From positions 6,445-70,444 of the forward strand of contig JBGOEK010000005.1 of assembly GCA_041537945.1 (NCBI GenBank): a DNA stretch of 64,000 nt, written 5' to 3'. Below the pieces are notes generated by a model. That model had not been told where the DNA came from and ran no database searches. It saw nothing but the letters and a program-made list of their open reading frames with translations. The stretch is from Candidatus Thermosaccharophagus yellowstonensis (GTDB lineage: Bacteria > Armatimonadota > Fervidibacteria > Fervidibacterales > Thermosaccharophagaceae). Each line of letters begins with the position of its first letter. Positions within the stretch are counted from its first letter, which is position 1. This document shows, in pieces, positions 37,297 to 46,556 of the stretch. Position numbers and translations under genes: made by a program.

Positions 37297-40200
37297 ATGA
37301 GGGAGCGGAAGATGAGCGTATATGCTCTCATATTGCTGTCTGCAATGGCTATCATCAGATTTGCGTGGGGAGAAACGCTCGAAAACGAATGCGAACGCGA
37401 GTTTGCCATCTCCATTAAGTATCAACTTGTGTCAGCAGCGCCCGGGAAATTGAGCATCTCGTTTCATAAGGCAAACCACAACGGCTATGAGCTTAACCTG
37501 AACGCCGATGCATCTCATCGAAAGTGCCACATAAGCTTGGTCAAGCGCAAAGGTGAAGCTCTTCATGTGCTTGGTGTCAGCTATTCCAAGTTAGAGGTTG
37601 GTAGTGAGCACCAAAACGAACTCATCATCAGATACTGGTATGGCAAGGTAAAGGTCATCCACAACAAGAGGCTCTTGTTTGTCCGCTACGACGATGAGTT
37701 TACTTCAGGCATGGCAACATACTCAGCCAGCGGTTCTGTTAAGGTGGTTGAAGCGAGATATCAACCGACCGAGGCTATATTGTTTGCCGATGATTTTCTG
37801 CGTGGTTCTGAGGATGTGCAGCATTGGGAAAAGGTATACGGGACTTGGGTTCCAGTTGGTGCTGACAGCTCGAAATTTAACCCACGCTTGAGCGCTAACC
37901 CGTTCAGCATGCAAGCCATATCAACAAGCAATGCCCTCGCTTTAGCTGGGTATTGGTTTTGGGATGATTACTCCTTCAAAGCAGCTGTGCGCCCGAGGTC
38001 TGACAGTGGGTCGGTCGGATTAGTCGTCTACGCAAGGGATGGAACGAACTACCTGCTGTTCAGGTGGGGTAGCGCTTTGGAAAACGGCAAACAACAAATC
38101 ATTGCTGTTGAAGATGGGCGCACGAATGTGCTTGCGGAGAAAGATGGTGGCTTCGTGCCGATGCAATGGTATCAGATTGAAGTTCGTGTATGCGATGACC
38201 GCATAACTGCTCTCATTGACGGGGTGCAAACCTTGAGCGCTCGCTGTGATTTCTTCGGGATGGGGAAGGTTGGCTTGTATGCCGACGGCAAGATGATAGC
38301 GCAGTTTGACGATGTGTGTGTTGAGAGCTGGGGGCAATTCTCCGAAACATTTGATGAGCCTCTCCTTGGGCGCTGGGAAACGATAAGCGGAAACTGGAAC
38401 ATGAGTTCTAACTCGCTTAGGATAGATGGGGGTAAAGCCACTCCAAAGCCTCACTGGATCGCTACTGGATCAAGCGCATGGAAGGATTACACAGTGAGCA
38501 TCCTCTTCACCGCAAAGGGGGCTGCGGTTGGTGTCGGTGTTTACTTCAAGGATACTTCAAACACATACCTTGTGCGTTGTGCGCCACCTCGGACAAAGGT
38601 GAGCTATGAAGGTAAATGCCAAATAGTCCGAATCGCAAATGGCGTCACAACGGTGCTTGCTGAAGCGCCTTTTGACTTGCCGAAGGCACAGCTTTCGAAG
38701 CTCACTGTGGATGCATGTGATGGGCTGATTCGTGTTAGCCTCAACGAGAACGAGCTTCTCAAAGCTTTTGATACAACGCACGCATCTGGCAAAGTGGCTC
38801 TTTATCATGAAGGCAGTGGCGAGGCAGTTTTCAAAGGCGTCTTTGTTAGATTCGGCTCCATCAGGCGCCTCATCATCCCCAGCATAGCAGCTCAGTTCAC
38901 TCGCGAATCAACGATGGTCCAATGGGCTACTCCAGTTGGAGCATGGCAACAAGTCGGCAATGCTTACTGGCATCGTGGCAACTTCTATGGGGTGTCATTC
39001 GTGAGGTATACCTTGCCTTCGGAAAAGAGTTTCAAGGATGCTATAGCGCTCGTGCTTAAAGGAGACGGAAAAGACCAAAACAGCGGTTACAGGCTCGTCG
39101 TCGATGGTGAGAAGGACAGTTCCATCAGTGTCGAACTCTTCAGAGCCGATAAAAGCGTTGCGAAACGAGATATCCCGAAGGAGCGCGAGGAGCCGATGAA
39201 TGTTGAGTTGCATTGCGACGGTGGTCTCCTCTTTGCAACTTATGATGGCAAGCCTTTGTTTTCCTTCGTTGATAGAGCGCCGCTGAGCGGAACAAAAGTT
39301 GGGATCATCCCGTTAAGGGGAAGCATAGATTTCGACTTGGTGAAAGTGGCATCGGACCACATGGTCGATTGCACCTTCTCGAATGCACCGGTTGAGTGGT
39401 GGGCTGTGAGAGGTGCATGGGAAGTTACGGAGCGTTGGACATGTAGCCCAGAGTGGTCTTTCTTCGGTGGTAAGGATTCACGCTCACCTATCCTTATGAG
39501 CAAACGCTCATTCGGTGGCGATATCGTGGTTGAAGCGTATGTGAGCATAAGGATGCACGGTGAGGGCTACAACTACCCGGGCGACCTCAACATCAGCATT
39601 TGCACAGACGGGCTTAACTTGGATAGCGGATACAGCTTCGTTTTCGCCGGGTGGAGCAACACATGCTCCCGTATTTTGAAAGGTGCGAAAGTGCTCGCAG
39701 AGCGTTCCGATGAACTCGGCAAGCTGACGAAGCCAATGCAGAACTACCACCGCTATTGGTGGTATTTGAGGGTCGAGAAGTGCGGGAAGAAGCTACGCAT
39801 GTTCGTTGATGATGCGCTCGTCCTTGAGGCAGAAGATGACAACCCAATTGATAGCGGGCATGTAGCTTTATGGACTGTGAACAAGGGGATAAATGTGGGA
39901 AGGGTTCGCATATGGTATGAGCGTGAGGCAACTTCAAAGCCTATCAACGAAGTTGTGCGACCTATCATAAGCGTGGCGAGGGCATCCGAGAAACTTATCG
40001 CAGAAACTGCAAAGCAAGAGCAGTTGCAGTTGCCAGCCAAATTCGACTTTGAAAGCCAACTGCCAAAGCTCGAACTCAGGCTGGATGAGGACAACCAAGT
40101 CATGGTCATGCTTGATACGACGACTGCTGTGAGTGGCAAGCGAAGTTTGAAGGTCGTTAACGCCATCACTGGTGGCAGGTTTGAAATAACACTGCTCAAA

Positions 40201-40593
40201 GCGGAGTTCGATGCATCAAAGGCACCAATATTGAGATTCGCTTACCGATTGCAACCAGATGTCAAAGTGGATATGTTTGTGCGCTCGCTTGGGCGGACAT
40301 TTTACATCAACTTCTCTGGAAACGCAATCAGGCAAGACCATCCCATGCTTCTTGGCAGAGTAGAAGGCGTTGTCTCAGATGGGAAGTGGCATGTTGCGGA
40401 ATTCAATCTCGCCGAAGCGCTCGCAGCCAAATTTGGGAGAAGGGATTCGTTGATCGTTCATGAGATTGGTTTTGCTAACTTCAGTTCAGACCCATATTTG
40501 TTCGCCGGCATAGGTGGCAATCACTTCGGGACATCGTTTAACATTGATGATGTGGCATTGATACAGCCACAACAACACGCCTCCGCAAAATGA
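37297..40593 (+). CDS. Large secreted protein built of five to six tandem beta-sandwich/jelly-roll modules
   Basis: Signal-like MSVYALILLSAMAIIRFAWG. Module openings ILFADDFLRG..W..YGTW, FSETFDEPLLGRWETISGNW and CTFSNAPVEWWAVRGAWEV, plus cores SVGLVVYARDGTNYLLFRW and AVGVGVYFKDTSNTYLVR, are related to the 23412-27666 genes. Confidence 0.6.
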   Translation: MRERKMSVYALILLSAMAIIRFAWGETLENECEREFAISIKYQLVSAAPGKLSISFHKANHNGYELNLNADASHRKCHISLVKRKGEALHVLGVSYSKLEVGSEHQNELIIRYWYGKVKVIHNKRLLFVRYDDEFTSGMATYSASGSVKVVEARYQPTEAILFADDFLRGSEDVQHWEKVYGTWVPVGADSSKFNPRLSANPFSMQAISTSNALALAGYWFWDDYSFKAAVRPRSDSGSVGLVVYARDGTNYLLFRWGSALENGKQQIIAVEDGRTNVLAEKDGGFVPMQWYQIEVRVCDDRITALIDGVQTLSARCDFFGMGKVGLYADGKMIAQFDDVCVESWGQFSETFDEPLLGRWETISGNWNMSSNSLRIDGGKATPKPHWIATGSSAWKDYTVSILFTAKGAAVGVGVYFKDTSNTYLVRCAPPRTKVSYEGKCQIVRIANGVTTVLAEAPFDLPKAQLSKLTVDACDGLIRVSLNENELLKAFDTTHASGKVALYHEGSGEAVFKGVFVRFGSIRRLIIPSIAAQFTRESTMVQWATPVGAWQQVGNAYWHRGNFYGVSFVRYTLPSEKSFKDAIALVLKGDGKDQNSGYRLVVDGEKDSSISVELFRADKSVAKRDIPKEREEPMNVELHCDGGLLFATYDGKPLFSFVDRAPLSGTKVGIIPLRGSIDFDLVKVASDHMVDCTFSNAPVEWWAVRGAWEVTERWTCSPEWSFFGGKDSRSPILMSKRSFGGDIVVEAYVSIRMHGEGYNYPGDLNISICTDGLNLDSGYSFVFAGWSNTCSRILKGAKVLAERSDELGKLTKPMQNYHRYWWYLRVEKCGKKLRMFVDDALVLEAEDDNPIDSGHVALWTVNKGINVGRVRIWYEREATSKPINEVVRPIISVARASEKLIAETAKQEQLQLPAKFDFESQLPKLELRLDEDNQVMVMLDTTTAVSGKRSLKVVNAITGGRFEITLLKAEFDASKAPILRFAYRLQPDVKVDMFVRSLGRTFYINFSGNAIRQDHPMLLGRVEGVVSDGKWHVAEFNLAEALAAKFGRRDSLIVHEIGFANFSSDPYLFAGIGGNHFGTSFNIDDVALIQPQQHASAK

Positions 40594-40698
40594 CGCAAGC
40601 CCTCTGAAGTTCCCCACATGGCAAAAGTGATGCATAACTGAGTGCGGAGATGCTCTCACGATAAGCAACTAATGGGCAGGAGGAGTTATGTTGAGGGG

Positions 40699-41091
40699 AT
40701 GCATGAGTTTAGTCTTGCTTTAAGCCTCATTGAAGCTGTTGAACAAAAGGCTAAAGAGGTCGGTGCAACATCAGTAGTCTACATAAAGCTTCGTGTCGGC
40801 ATGGCTACAACAGTTGTGCCCGAGTTCATGGCGGAGGCGTTTGAAGTAGCCAAGATGGGTTCGCTCGCCGAAAATGCAACACTTGAAATAGAGCTTGAGC
40901 CTATTTCGTTTTTGTGCTGGGAATGCAAGACCGAGTTTGAAGGCGAGAACTTGTTTTCCAGATGCCCATCTTGTGGCAGTGTTGGTGGGAGAGTTATCTC
41001 AGGCGATAAGCTTATCATTGAACGCATCGAAATGGAAGTGATGAAGGATGAGCCAGCAGGACAGACAGCTCAAGCAAGTCCTGATGCTTGA
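40699..41091 (+). CDS. hypA: Hydrogenase nickel-insertion protein HypA
   Basis: MHEFSLA opening and the C-terminal zinc site CWEC...CPSCGS. Confidence 0.9.
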   Translation: MHEFSLALSLIEAVEQKAKEVGATSVVYIKLRVGMATTVVPEFMAEAFEVAKMGSLAENATLEIELEPISFLCWECKTEFEGENLFSRCPSCGSVGGRVISGDKLIIERIEMEVMKDEPAGQTAQASPDA

Positions 41092-41728
41092 AAACCTATT
41101 GCACGCCAACGAGCTAATAGCAAAGCGCATCAATGAACGCCTCAGTAAGAGTAAGACATTGCTCATCAACATGATTTCATCTCCCGGCTCCGGCAAGACG
41201 ACATTGCTTGAAGCTACCGCAAAAGCGTTAGGCGAGGAAATGCACATAGGTGTGATAGTTGGCGATGTTGCAACACAAAGGGATTACGAGCGCTTAAAAA
41301 CATGCGACATACCCGCTGTGCAGATAGTTACAGGGAGCGAGTGTCATCTTGAGGCAGCGATGGTTGAGCAAGCCCTCAATCAACTCCCCGTTGATGAGTT
41401 GGATGTTGTCTTCATCGAGAATGTCGGAAACTTGATATGCCCGGCTGAATTCAACCTCGGCGAGCACTTCAGAGTCACATTGTTATCCGTTCCAGAGGGT
41501 GAGGATAAGGTGCTCAAGTATCCGCACGCATTTCGCACTTCAGATGCCCTCATCGTGACGAAAGTTGACCTGCTTAAGCATCTGAACTTCGATGTCGGTT
41601 TGGTTAAGGATTACGCAAAGTCACTCAACCCGAACATACACATCATTGCCGTTTCGGCTTTCACAGGGGAAGGCATGAGCGAATGGCTTGAGATGATCAG
41701 GATGTGGCGTAAAGAGGCATTCAAGTGA
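41084..41728 (+). CDS. hypB: Hydrogenase maturation GTPase HypB
   Basis: SSPGSGKTTLLE P-loop, GSECHLEA (CH metal motif), ENVGNLICP, VTKVDL. The ATG overlaps the hypA stop (ATGCTTGA). Confidence 0.9.
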   Translation: MLENLLHANELIAKRINERLSKSKTLLINMISSPGSGKTTLLEATAKALGEEMHIGVIVGDVATQRDYERLKTCDIPAVQIVTGSECHLEAAMVEQALNQLPVDELDVVFIENVGNLICPAEFNLGEHFRVTLLSVPEGEDKVLKYPHAFRTSDALIVTKVDLLKHLNFDVGLVKDYAKSLNPNIHIIAVSAFTGEGMSEWLEMIRMWRKEAFK

Positions 41729-41737
41729 ACCTTCCGG

Positions 41738-44122
41738 TTGAACGGCAAGGGGGCTAAATCGGTGCTAAAGCGGTTCAAGGTAAGGGTGACTGGAGTAGTT
41801 CAAGGAGTTGGCTTCCGTCCATTTGTATTCAGGCTTGCAAGCGAGCTTGGGCTATCTGGCTATGTGATGAACGCCTCTGGGAGTGTTGAGATTGAGGTTG
41901 AGGGCGAGGAGCAGAAGCTACATCTTTTCACGGAGAGGTTGAGAAGTGAAGCACCACCTCTTTCAAAGATAGCCTCAATGGAGGTCTATGAGGTTGAGCC
42001 ACTACTTGAGAGTGGTTTTAGGATAGTAAGTAGTGAGGCGACATTGCATCCTCGCCCAGTCATACCACCTGATGTGGCTTTATGCTCGGAATGCCTGCGT
42101 GAATTGAGCGATCCGAAAGACCGTCGCTTCCTTTACCCATTCATCAACTGCACTAACTGCGGACCAAGGTTCACGATAATCTTCCGTCTGCCATATGATC
42201 GTCCAAACACGACGATGGCTCGGTTCAAAATGTGCGAGCTGTGCGAGCACGAGTATCATGACCCAGCAAATAGACGATTTCATGCACAGCCTAACGCATG
42301 CCCATCATGTGGTCCGAAGGTATGGCTATCTGATGGGGAGGGCAAGGCTATATGCTCCGAGGGTGAGGAATCCATCCGCCTCGCTGGTGAGTTGCTCGCC
42401 AAAGGTTATATCATTGGCATCAAAGGCTTGGGTGGATTTCACATAGCATGTGATGCTCGCAACGAGGAAGCCGTAAGGAAGTTGCGCATGAGGAAGCATC
42501 GACCCGCAAAGCCGTTTGCGATAATGTGTTGTGACGAACACGAACTCACAAAAGTTGTGAAGGCTGAAGGATGGGAGATGAACCTGTTGCGCTCGCCACA
42601 GAGCCCGATAGTGCTGTTGCCACAAAAGGAGGGCAGTGGCATTGCTCCCAATGTGGCACCGAACAACCTCTATCAAGGTGTAATGCTACCATACACGCCA
42701 CTTCATGTTGTGTTGATGCGCTATTCGCCAAGCGTTCTTGTGATGACGAGTGGCAATGTATCGGATGAGCCGATTTGCTTTCGCAATGAGGAAGCACTCA
42801 AGCGCCTATCTGGCATAGTCGACTTTTTCCTGCTCCACGACAGGGACATACACATCCCATGTGATGACTCCGTTGTTCGCCCGATGGCTGGCGAACCTGT
42901 TGTGATAAGGCGCTCAAGGGGCTATGTGCCAGCTTCCTTTGAACTCCCAAAAAATCTTCCAGCACCTGCTTTGGCTGTCGGCGCCGACCTTAAAAACACA
43001 TTCTGCATCGCTCAGGATGATTGGGCAGTCTTGAGCCAGCACATCGGCGATGTTGAGAACTTCGAGACTTGCGAATACATGAGATACGCCATAAACCATT
43101 TGTGCAACTTGCTCGGTGTTGAGCCTGCGGTGTCCATCTGCGATATGCATCCCAGATACCACACAACTCAACTTGCGAAGGAGAGCTGTGAGATTTCGTT
43201 TCCAGTGCAACATCACTATGCCCATGTGTTGAGTTGCATGGCAGAAAACGGTGTCTATGAACCTGTGATAGGAGTTGCGTTTGACGGGACTGGATACGGG
43301 ATTGATGGGACGATATGGGGAGGGGAGATACTGCTTTGCGAGCCAAGCAGGTTTAGGCGTCTTGGGCATCTTACGAGAATGCCACTTGCTGGAGGGGAAG
43401 CTGCGATACGAAAGCCGATAAGGCTTGCTTTCGCATACGCGTGGGAAATGCTTGGCGAGAAGGTTTTCACTCTGGATGGCTTGAAGGGCTTGCTTGAGAG
43501 GTTGAGCAGTGATGAAAGGCGCATCATACCTTTGCAAGTGAGTCGTCGGCTGAACTCACCTATGAACACGAGCATGGGGAGGTTGTTTGATGCGGTCTCA
43601 GCATTGCTTGGCATATGCGATGTTTCCACATACGAAGGGCAACCCGCTGTTGAGCTTGAAATGGCTGCCACGGTTGCTTGGGATGCTGATGTAGAGCCGT
43701 TGCGCTTTAACATGTATTGGGAGAAAGGCTCCATCGTGCTTGACTACCGCCCAACGCTATTGCAATTGATTGAACTGCTCTCGTTCGGTGAGGACAAACG
43801 ACATCTTGCAGCTCGTTTCCACATGACCGTAACTGAGATGGTCGTCAGTGCATGCCGAGAACTGCGTTCCCTTACAGGAGTGAACAAAGTTGTGCTCACT
43901 GGTGGCGTGTTTCAAAACAAGCTTCTGCTTGAGGGCTCAATCGATAAACTTGAGCGACTCGGGTTTGAAGTCCTTTGGCATCGCCAAGTCCCACCGAACG
44001 ATGGCGGGATAGCTTTGGGGCAGATGGTAGCGTTCGCACTCGCTGAAGCGAAACTGCTCACTCGTGCTACAATGAGTAAGCACATTCAAGCTTCATCGGC
44101 TTCGGAAGTGAAAAGTGCTTGA
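41738..44122 (+). CDS. hypF: Carbamoyltransferase HypF
   Basis: Acylphosphatase domain (VTGVVQGVGFRPF). Two zinc fingers (CSECLRELSDPKDRRFLYPFINCTNCGPRF; CELCEHEYHDPANRRFHAQPNACPSCGPK). YrdC-like and Kae1-like C-terminal halves. The true start may be GTG 41762. Confidence 0.95.
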   Translation: MNGKGAKSVLKRFKVRVTGVVQGVGFRPFVFRLASELGLSGYVMNASGSVEIEVEGEEQKLHLFTERLRSEAPPLSKIASMEVYEVEPLLESGFRIVSSEATLHPRPVIPPDVALCSECLRELSDPKDRRFLYPFINCTNCGPRFTIIFRLPYDRPNTTMARFKMCELCEHEYHDPANRRFHAQPNACPSCGPKVWLSDGEGKAICSEGEESIRLAGELLAKGYIIGIKGLGGFHIACDARNEEAVRKLRMRKHRPAKPFAIMCCDEHELTKVVKAEGWEMNLLRSPQSPIVLLPQKEGSGIAPNVAPNNLYQGVMLPYTPLHVVLMRYSPSVLVMTSGNVSDEPICFRNEEALKRLSGIVDFFLLHDRDIHIPCDDSVVRPMAGEPVVIRRSRGYVPASFELPKNLPAPALAVGADLKNTFCIAQDDWAVLSQHIGDVENFETCEYMRYAINHLCNLLGVEPAVSICDMHPRYHTTQLAKESCEISFPVQHHYAHVLSCMAENGVYEPVIGVAFDGTGYGIDGTIWGGEILLCEPSRFRRLGHLTRMPLAGGEAAIRKPIRLAFAYAWEMLGEKVFTLDGLKGLLERLSSDERRIIPLQVSRRLNSPMNTSMGRLFDAVSALLGICDVSTYEGQPAVELEMAATVAWDADVEPLRFNMYWEKGSIVLDYRPTLLQLIELLSFGEDKRHLAARFHMTVTEMVVSACRELRSLTGVNKVVLTGGVFQNKLLLEGSIDKLERLGFEVLWHRQVPPNDGGIALGQMVAFALAEAKLLTRATMSKHIQASSASEVKSA

Positions 44123-44138
44123 AAGGGGTGACGGTCTA

Positions 44139-44864
44139 ATGTTCAGTGCAAGGTATGATAGGCAAATGCGCATTGATGGATGGGGCGTTGAAGGTCAAAT
44201 GAAGTTGCGCAACGCAAGTGTTGGTATTGTTGGCTTGGGTGGCTTGGGATGCCCTATTAGTATCTACCTGACTGCTGCAGGTGTAGGGAGGTTGAAGTTG
44301 ATAGACTCTGATGTAGTTGAGGAGAGCAACCTTAACAGGCAAGTGCTTCATTGGACTGATGACATAGGGCGTCCAAAACCTCAATCGGCGTTTGAGAAGT
44401 TGAGCAAGCTTAATCCAGAGGTTGAGATAAGTTTGATCTGCGAGCGCTTGACAGAAGAGAATGTGGATGAACTGCTCAACGATGTCGATGCGATAGTTGA
44501 TGCGCTGGATAACTTCCCAACGAGGCTCATCATCAACTCATATGCTGTGCGCTCCAAGAAGCCACTCTTTCACGGGGCGATTTGGGGGCTTGAAGGCTAC
44601 GCTACGACGATCATACCGGGTCTCACAGCATGCTTAAGATGCATATTTGAGGAAGCTCCACCACCTGGTGTGTTCCCAGTTGTTGGGACGACTCCCGGGT
44701 TGATAGCAATGGTTCAAGCGATGGAGGTGCTTAAATACTTCACTGGCATAGGTGAATTGCTACTCAATCGCTACCTCATTTATGATGGGATGAAGATGAC
44801 ATTCACGACGGTGAAGTTGAGGCGAAACCCGAATTGCCCTGTGTGCGCCTCTGTTAAGCAGTGA
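44139..44864 (+). CDS. ThiF/MoeB/HesA-family E1-like adenylyltransferase
   Basis: RYDRQMRIDGWG, VGLGGLGCPISIYLTAAGVG, DSDVVEESNLNRQ, and two CxxC pairs (CLRC, CPVC). ATG 44139 follows AGGGGTGA. Confidence 0.85.
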   Translation: MFSARYDRQMRIDGWGVEGQMKLRNASVGIVGLGGLGCPISIYLTAAGVGRLKLIDSDVVEESNLNRQVLHWTDDIGRPKPQSAFEKLSKLNPEVEISLICERLTEENVDELLNDVDAIVDALDNFPTRLIINSYAVRSKKPLFHGAIWGLEGYATTIIPGLTACLRCIFEEAPPPGVFPVVGTTPGLIAMVQAMEVLKYFTGIGELLLNRYLIYDGMKMTFTTVKLRRNPNCPVCASVKQ

Positions 44865-44870
44865 TGAGTT

Positions 44871-45650
44871 ATGTTGGAGGCGTATGGCGAAGCAGCGACC
44901 GAGGGATTTAAATTAGCGGTGTTGCTGTTGTTCCTTGGGATAGTTGCAAGTGCCATCGTCGGGAGGTTGGTTGAGGGCGAGCTTTCTGCGACAGAAGGAG
45001 TTATAGTGATACTGCTACCGATTGTGAGCTTGGTTCTCGCGCTGATCTGGTGGAAGAACTCGCTCATCGTCCTGCTGAGTTGTAGCCTATGCTTGGGTGT
45101 GGTTATGTTGTGGGTGTTGCATCACATAAGCGAACAGCGGATCAGGCGTTGGCTTGATGAGCAAGAGATTGAACGCTACAAGGCAACAATTAAGTCCGAT
45201 CCAAAGAACGCTGCAGCCCATTCAATGCTTGGCGATGTGTATTTCAGGCTAAAGCGATACGACGAAGCTATAAAAGAGTTTGAGGAAGCGCTTAAACTCG
45301 ATCCGTTAAGCCAAAGCGATAGATACAAACTGCGTCTGGCTAAGGAGAAAAAATTGGAAGCCGAGTTAAAGGGAGTAGCGTGTCCACGCTGTCATAACAT
45401 TAATCCTCGCATCGCAGCGAGATGCCAAAAATGCGACTACGAGTTGAACCGCTCGTTTGCGATTGACTTTGTCGCATGGATAACACAGCCAGATTCGCTC
45501 AAGCGAGTGATTACAACTACGCTCCTTCTCATCATCCCGTTGAGTTTCTTCTTCTCCATCATTTCGCTTCTGCCATCTTTTCTTAGAGCCATTGTCTGGC
45601 TTTGCCTACTTGCGACCTTCCTCATCTGGTTGCGGAAATCAATCCTTTGA
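44871..45650 (+). CDS. Polytopic membrane protein with cytoplasmic TPR segment and zinc ribbon
   Basis: Hydrophobic helices at both ends. A TPR-like segment (AAAHSMLGDVYFRLKRYDEAIKEFEEALKLDP). Zinc ribbon CPRCHNINPRIAARCQKC. Confidence 0.5.
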   Translation: MLEAYGEAATEGFKLAVLLLFLGIVASAIVGRLVEGELSATEGVIVILLPIVSLVLALIWWKNSLIVLLSCSLCLGVVMLWVLHHISEQRIRRWLDEQEIERYKATIKSDPKNAAAHSMLGDVYFRLKRYDEAIKEFEEALKLDPLSQSDRYKLRLAKEKKLEAELKGVACPRCHNINPRIAARCQKCDYELNRSFAIDFVAWITQPDSLKRVITTTLLLIIPLSFFFSIISLLPSFLRAIVWLCLLATFLIWLRKSIL

Positions 45651-45745
45651 GCTAACCTTAAAGCCAGTAGCGCCATTTGACGATCTAACTTTAAATCGCC
45701 ATAATGAGATGTGAGCAAAAACTTCAAAGTGGAGGGGTGATTGCG

Positions 45746-46555
45746 ATGAGGCAAATGGCGAAGAAAGCGCGCTCAAGGGTGCTGTGTAAGGCTTTCACAC
45801 TCGTTGAGTTGCTCGTTGTGATAGCTATAATCGCTGTGCTGGCAGCTATCCTCTTCCCAGTGTTTGCGAAGGCGAGGGAGAAGGCTAAGCAATCGGCTTG
45901 CATAAACAACCTGAAGCAAATAGACGGGGCTTTCAGGATGTATATTCAGGACAACGATGAGCGTTTCCCACTCGGTGTCGTTTGGGCTCCGGGCTACATC
46001 GGGCGCATAACTGGTAACTCTGGCGTCCTTTGGACTTGGGACATACTTGAACCTTATCTTCGCAGTGAGCAAGTTTTCCAGTGCCCATCAAAAGATTACA
46101 AGGCTAACCCATCTCCTATACGCTTCGGATACGGCTACCATTACCGCTTGTTTGTTCAAGGCATCGGTGCAAGGCGCGGCGACTATAGCAATGTCTTCAA
46201 TTGGGATGAAGAGCCAATCCAGATGGCTGAGCTGAGAGAGCCGACATCCACAGTTTACCTTTGCGATGCAGGTAACATAGCGAACCCTGCATGGCCACCC
46301 CAAAGGTGGTCGGATGATGCTGGGACTGACTTTCGCGTCTTCTTCCCATATGTTTGTGGGGACTCTGGATGCGCAACATTCATCGCCGATCCACTTTATG
46401 GCGACAACACAGCACGCCGTTGGGTTCCAGCACCAAGGCATATGGAAGGAGTGAATGTTGTCTTCGCAGATGGGCATGTGAAATGGGTAAAGATAACAGA
46501 CCTTGTAGGTTACCGCCCCGGTGATCCACGCTGCCTGTATGACAACTCTCCATAG
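45746..46555 (+). CDS. Type II/IV pseudopilin-like protein (prepilin N-terminal methylation motif + DUF1559 H-X9-DG)
   Basis: [32 protein letters not shown] at the N-terminus. C-terminal [14 protein letters not shown] (H-x9-DG). ATG 45746 follows GGAGGGGTGA. Confidence 0.8.
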   Translation: MRQMAKKARSRVLCKAFTLVELLVVIAIIAVLAAILFPVFAKAREKAKQSACINNLKQIDGAFRMYIQDNDERFPLGVVWAPGYIGRITGNSGVLWTWDILEPYLRSEQVFQCPSKDYKANPSPIRFGYGYHYRLFVQGIGARRGDYSNVFNWDEEPIQMAELREPTSTVYLCDAGNIANPAWPPQRWSDDAGTDFRVFFPYVCGDSGCATFIADPLYGDNTARRWVPAPRHMEGVNVVFADGHVKWVKITDLVGYRPGDPRCLYDNSP

Positions 46556-46556
46556 G

